Shown here: piece by piece, positions 61,247 through 64,000 of the stretch
Numbering within the stretch: position 1 is the first letter of the stretch
Layout of the letters: each line of letters starts with the position of its first letter
Source: Candidatus Saccharimonadota bacterium
GTDB lineage: Bacteria; Patescibacteriota; Saccharimonadia; Saccharimonadales; UBA4665
Direction of reading: 5' to 3'
DNA: 64,000 nucleotides
NCBI GenBank assembly: GCA_003164595.1
Contig: PLTT01000013.1
Coordinates: forward strand, 4,481 to 68,480
Notes under the pieces: generated by a model
Told to the model about the DNA's origin: nothing
The model's input: only the letters and a program-made list of their open reading frames with translations
The model's database searches: none
Made by a program: the position numbers and the translations under genes

Positions 61247-62128
61247 ATGGAAAAAATAATATTATTTTACGATTTTAGCCCAGTTAAAGATCCTGAGGCT
61301 ACTATGCTTTGGCAAAAAGCACTTTGTGAAAAGCTTGGTCTAAAGGGGCGAATAATAATCTCCCGTCACGGCATTAATGCCACGCTCGGCGGTGAATTAA
61401 CAGCCCTGAAAAGTTACGTAAAAGAATTAAAAACCTTTGGGTCTTTCAAAAAAACCCAAATCAAATGGAGCGATGGTGGCAGCCTGAATTTTCCTAAATT
61501 ATCAGTGAAAGTCCGAGATGAATTGGTTACATTCGGAGCAGCCGACGAACTTGAAGTAGATGAGCTTGGGGTGGTCGGCGGCGGCAAGCATCTTAAACCC
61601 GAAGAGGTTCACAAGTTGGTTGAAGAACGCGGTGATGATGTTACATTCTTTGATGGTAGAAATGCCTATGAGGCTGCCGTTGGTAGATTTAAAGGTGCCA
61701 TAGTCCCAGATGTGCGCACTGCTAAGGACTTTATTGCAGAGATCGAAAAACCTAAATATGACAAAATTAAAGACAAGCCAATAGTTACCTATTGTACTGG
61801 TGGTATTCGCTGCGAAGTATTATCTGCTCTGATGAAACGACGAGGTTTCAAGGAAGTTTATCAGATAGACGGTGGCATTGTTAAATATGGCGAGAAATAC
61901 GCTGATGAGGGTCTGTGGGAGGGCTCACTGTACGTTTTTGACGGACGAATGGTTACCAAATTCTCAGACAAAGCAAAAGATATTGGTGAATGCATTCATT
62001 GCCAGGCTCAGACCAGTAATTACAAGAACTGCGCCAATAAAGCTTGCAATGACTTGGTCTTAATTTGCGAGAACTGCCCACAGGAAACCTATTGCCTGAC
62101 TTGCGCAAAAGTCTATGCTGAAAAATAA
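61247..62128 (+). CDS. trhO: Rhodanese-domain tRNA uridine(34) hydroxylase TrhO (UPF0176/YceA)
   Basis: ATG at 61247 ([10 protein letters not shown]). Contains [13 protein letters not shown], the rhodanese active-site loop YCTGGIRCE, and a C-terminal Cys cluster. Confidence 0.8.
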   Translation: MEKIILFYDFSPVKDPEATMLWQKALCEKLGLKGRIIISRHGINATLGGELTALKSYVKELKTFGSFKKTQIKWSDGGSLNFPKLSVKVRDELVTFGAADELEVDELGVVGGGKHLKPEEVHKLVEERGDDVTFFDGRNAYEAAVGRFKGAIVPDVRTAKDFIAEIEKPKYDKIKDKPIVTYCTGGIRCEVLSALMKRRGFKEVYQIDGGIVKYGEKYADEGLWEGSLYVFDGRMVTKFSDKAKDIGECIHCQAQTSNYKNCANKACNDLVLICENCPQETYCLTCAKVYAEK

Positions 62129-63642
62129 TGAATACCAAGCTTCAGAATAAACTAAAGGAATTACCGACTACTCCTGGAATATATTTCCATAAGAATTCTA
62201 AAGACGAGATAATCTACATTGGTAAGGCCGCCAATCTTCGTAATAGGGTAAGGCAGTATTTTCAATCTTCACGGAAAAAAGATCCCAAAACTCAACTTCT
62301 GGTCAGCGAAATCACCGACACCGACTGGATGAGTGTCGATAGTGAGGTTGAGGCGCTGTTTTTAGAAGCAGAAATGGTTCGTCGCTACATGCCACGCTAC
62401 AACATCTTACTCAGGGATGATAAAAGTATGGTCTACATTCGAATTGATTATGACAGTGATTACCCAACGGTCTCATTTACCAGGCGTCCGCTGGATGACA
62501 GTGCACGCTACTTCGGACCATTCTCAAATGCTCAAACAACCAAACAAGCTATGAAAATTCTGCGCCGCGCGTTCCCCTACGCCACAGCTAGACATGTCGG
62601 CAAACAGCGGGTATCTTTGGATTACCATCTGGGGCTTGACCCTGGCCTAGAAGAGGCCAAAACCTCGCTAAAGGAATACCGGTCAAATCTGCGCCAACTG
62701 ATTGCCGTTATAGAAGGTAAGCGTAAAGGCATTCAAGATAAACTCGAAAAAGATATGCTAAAATTCGCCAAAGCAACTGAGTTTGAGCAGGCTGCTAAGG
62801 TTAGAAATCAGCTTAATGTACTGAGAAATCTTCATAACCAGATTGTCTTTAGTGATAAAGAATTTATGGATATTTCCAAAGACCACGCACTTGATGAATT
62901 AGTCAGATTGCTTGGTTTGGGTAGTTTCCCGCAGCGCATTGAAGGTTATGACATTAGCCATATGTCCGGTACGGATGTGGTAGCTAGTATGGTTGTTTTT
63001 ACCAACGGTGTTAGTGACAAAAGCGAGTACCGTAAGTTCAAAACCTATAAGGATCAAAACAATGATTTTGATAATATGTATGAAACCATTAAACGACGAC
63101 TAAGTATCAAAAATATTAAATTATGGGGAGCGCCTAACCTAGTTATTATTGATGGCGGCAAAGGTCAGCTTGGGGCTGCCATCAAAGCCCGTGACGAGAT
63201 GGGATGTTCGGGCATCCCCTTCATCTCACTAGCAAAACGAGAGGAACAAATTGTTGTCAGTAAATTAAAATCAAATGTAGCGATAAGCCAAGACACCCTG
63301 CATAGTCTTGGTGGGTTTTTACACGAAAGTGATGACTATGTTTTGATAAACATTCCACATAACACCAACCTCGTTAAGCTCTTGCAGCGAATTCGAGACG
63401 AATCCCATCGTTTTGCAGTAAGCTATCATTCAGTCCTGAAGACAAAACGACAAACTACTAGCCTGCTTGGTGAGATACCTGGCGTTGGGCAGCTGACCCG
63501 AAAAAAATTAATAAAATCGTTTGGGTCAAAGCGTGCTGTCGGGGAGGTGAGTGAGCAAGAATTGGCTGCAGTAGTTGGCGCTTCTAGAGCCAAGAAAATC
63601 TATAACTACTTGCACGAGCCAGGTTCTCCTATAAAATCCTAA
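62128..63642 (+). CDS. uvrC: Excinuclease ABC subunit C (compact)
   Basis: GIY-YIG domain (GIYFHKN..IIYIGKAANLRNRVRQY), UVR motif (FEQAAKVRNQL), endonuclease V-like domain, and a C-terminal HhH (IPGVGQLTRKKL). Confidence 0.9.
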   Translation: MNTKLQNKLKELPTTPGIYFHKNSKDEIIYIGKAANLRNRVRQYFQSSRKKDPKTQLLVSEITDTDWMSVDSEVEALFLEAEMVRRYMPRYNILLRDDKSMVYIRIDYDSDYPTVSFTRRPLDDSARYFGPFSNAQTTKQAMKILRRAFPYATARHVGKQRVSLDYHLGLDPGLEEAKTSLKEYRSNLRQLIAVIEGKRKGIQDKLEKDMLKFAKATEFEQAAKVRNQLNVLRNLHNQIVFSDKEFMDISKDHALDELVRLLGLGSFPQRIEGYDISHMSGTDVVASMVVFTNGVSDKSEYRKFKTYKDQNNDFDNMYETIKRRLSIKNIKLWGAPNLVIIDGGKGQLGAAIKARDEMGCSGIPFISLAKREEQIVVSKLKSNVAISQDTLHSLGGFLHESDDYVLINIPHNTNLVKLLQRIRDESHRFAVSYHSVLKTKRQTTSLLGEIPGVGQLTRKKLIKSFGSKRAVGEVSEQELAAVVGASRAKKIYNYLHEPGSPIKS

Positions 63643-63685
63643 AGCAAAATTACCGGCAAGAATATTTGCTATACTGTTCCAAAGG

Positions 63686-64000
63686 ATGAATATAGTTTTT
63701 AAAAATGATTTCTTTAAGGGTAATAGACAAAAGCTAAGGGCTGCTATTGGTAATAAAGCCCCAATTGTCATTACGGCCAGTGGTCTATTGCAAAGAGGCG
63801 CTGATGCTGCCTATCCGTTTCACCAAGACGCTAATTTTTGGTACTTAACGGGTATTGATATACCAGACGTCGTACTAGTGATGGGTTCAAAGGCAGATTT
63901 CTTGATCCTGCCGAAACGCAGCAATTATCAGGATATTTTTGAGGGTACCATTGATCAAAATGAACTTATTGAAACCTCGGGTGTTACTTCGATTTTGTCT
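63686..64000 (+). CDS. Xaa-Pro aminopeptidase-like (M24B) N-terminal domain, 3' end cut by window edge
   Basis: Hand translation from the ATG at 63686 gives MNIVFKNDFFKGNRQKLRAAI...GADAAYPFHQDANFWYLTGIDIP. This is the AMP_N-type motif Y.F.Q...F.YLTG. The frame is open to the window end. Confidence 0.65.
   Translation, partial: MNIVFKNDFFKGNRQKLRAAIGNKAPIVITASGLLQRGADAAYPFHQDANFWYLTGIDIPDVVLVMGSKADFLILPKRSNYQDIFEGTIDQNELIETSGVTSILS

Overview
This is a compact, almost fully coding bacterial chromosome segment, mostly on the + strand. It uses the standard code (TGA is a stop), and many neighbouring genes overlap by 4 nt (ATGA) or abut. Tight packing, divergent housekeeping proteins, a type IV pilin-like gene, GH57/GH15 glucan genes and TM-anchored rather than LPXTG surface proteins fit a small-genome monoderm Patescibacteria/CPR organism, possibly Saccharibacteria-like. 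That placement is inference only.

Contents in order:
- otsB-like phosphatase (partial)
- cyoABCDE-type quinol oxidase operon (- strand) with a divergent polyprenyl synthase
- two membrane proteins
- GT / GH57 / GH15 glucan cluster
- PBP5-type carboxypeptidase, lemA-htpX, ligA
- tRNA-Ala/Cys/Leu cluster, then metG, tatD and a cysteine desulfurase
- F-type ATPase cluster (b-like, delta, alpha, gamma, beta, epsilon) with no a or free-standing c subunit gene
- a ~11 kb surface-protein locus
- mnmA, murJ, lepA, a short alaS, ftsA plus a coupled membrane protein, ruvX, mltG, a LysM-CHAP hydrolase, obg, sbcB
- a large type IV pilin-like protein
- uvrA, dedA, L25/Ctc, trhO, uvrC and a partial Xaa-Pro aminopeptidase

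The main candidate for an undescribed system is 28.5-40 kb. Seven tandem paralogous secreted, Thr/Ser/Ala/Gly-rich, Cys-containing beta-type proteins show mosaic domain relationships and duplicated promoter-leaders. They are followed by a membrane-anchored two-domain Ig-like protein (DUF916/CscA-like architecture) and a membrane-anchored Ig+PKD protein, and preceded by a divergent anchored beta-helix-like protein. This looks like a fibre, pilus or surface-layer assembly locus with no recognisable usher, sortase or type IV machinery.

The second candidate is the ATPase cluster. The gene in the c-subunit position encodes an extracytoplasmic domain fused to a c-like hairpin that has no carboxylate.

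No CRISPR array, IS element or rRNA was seen.
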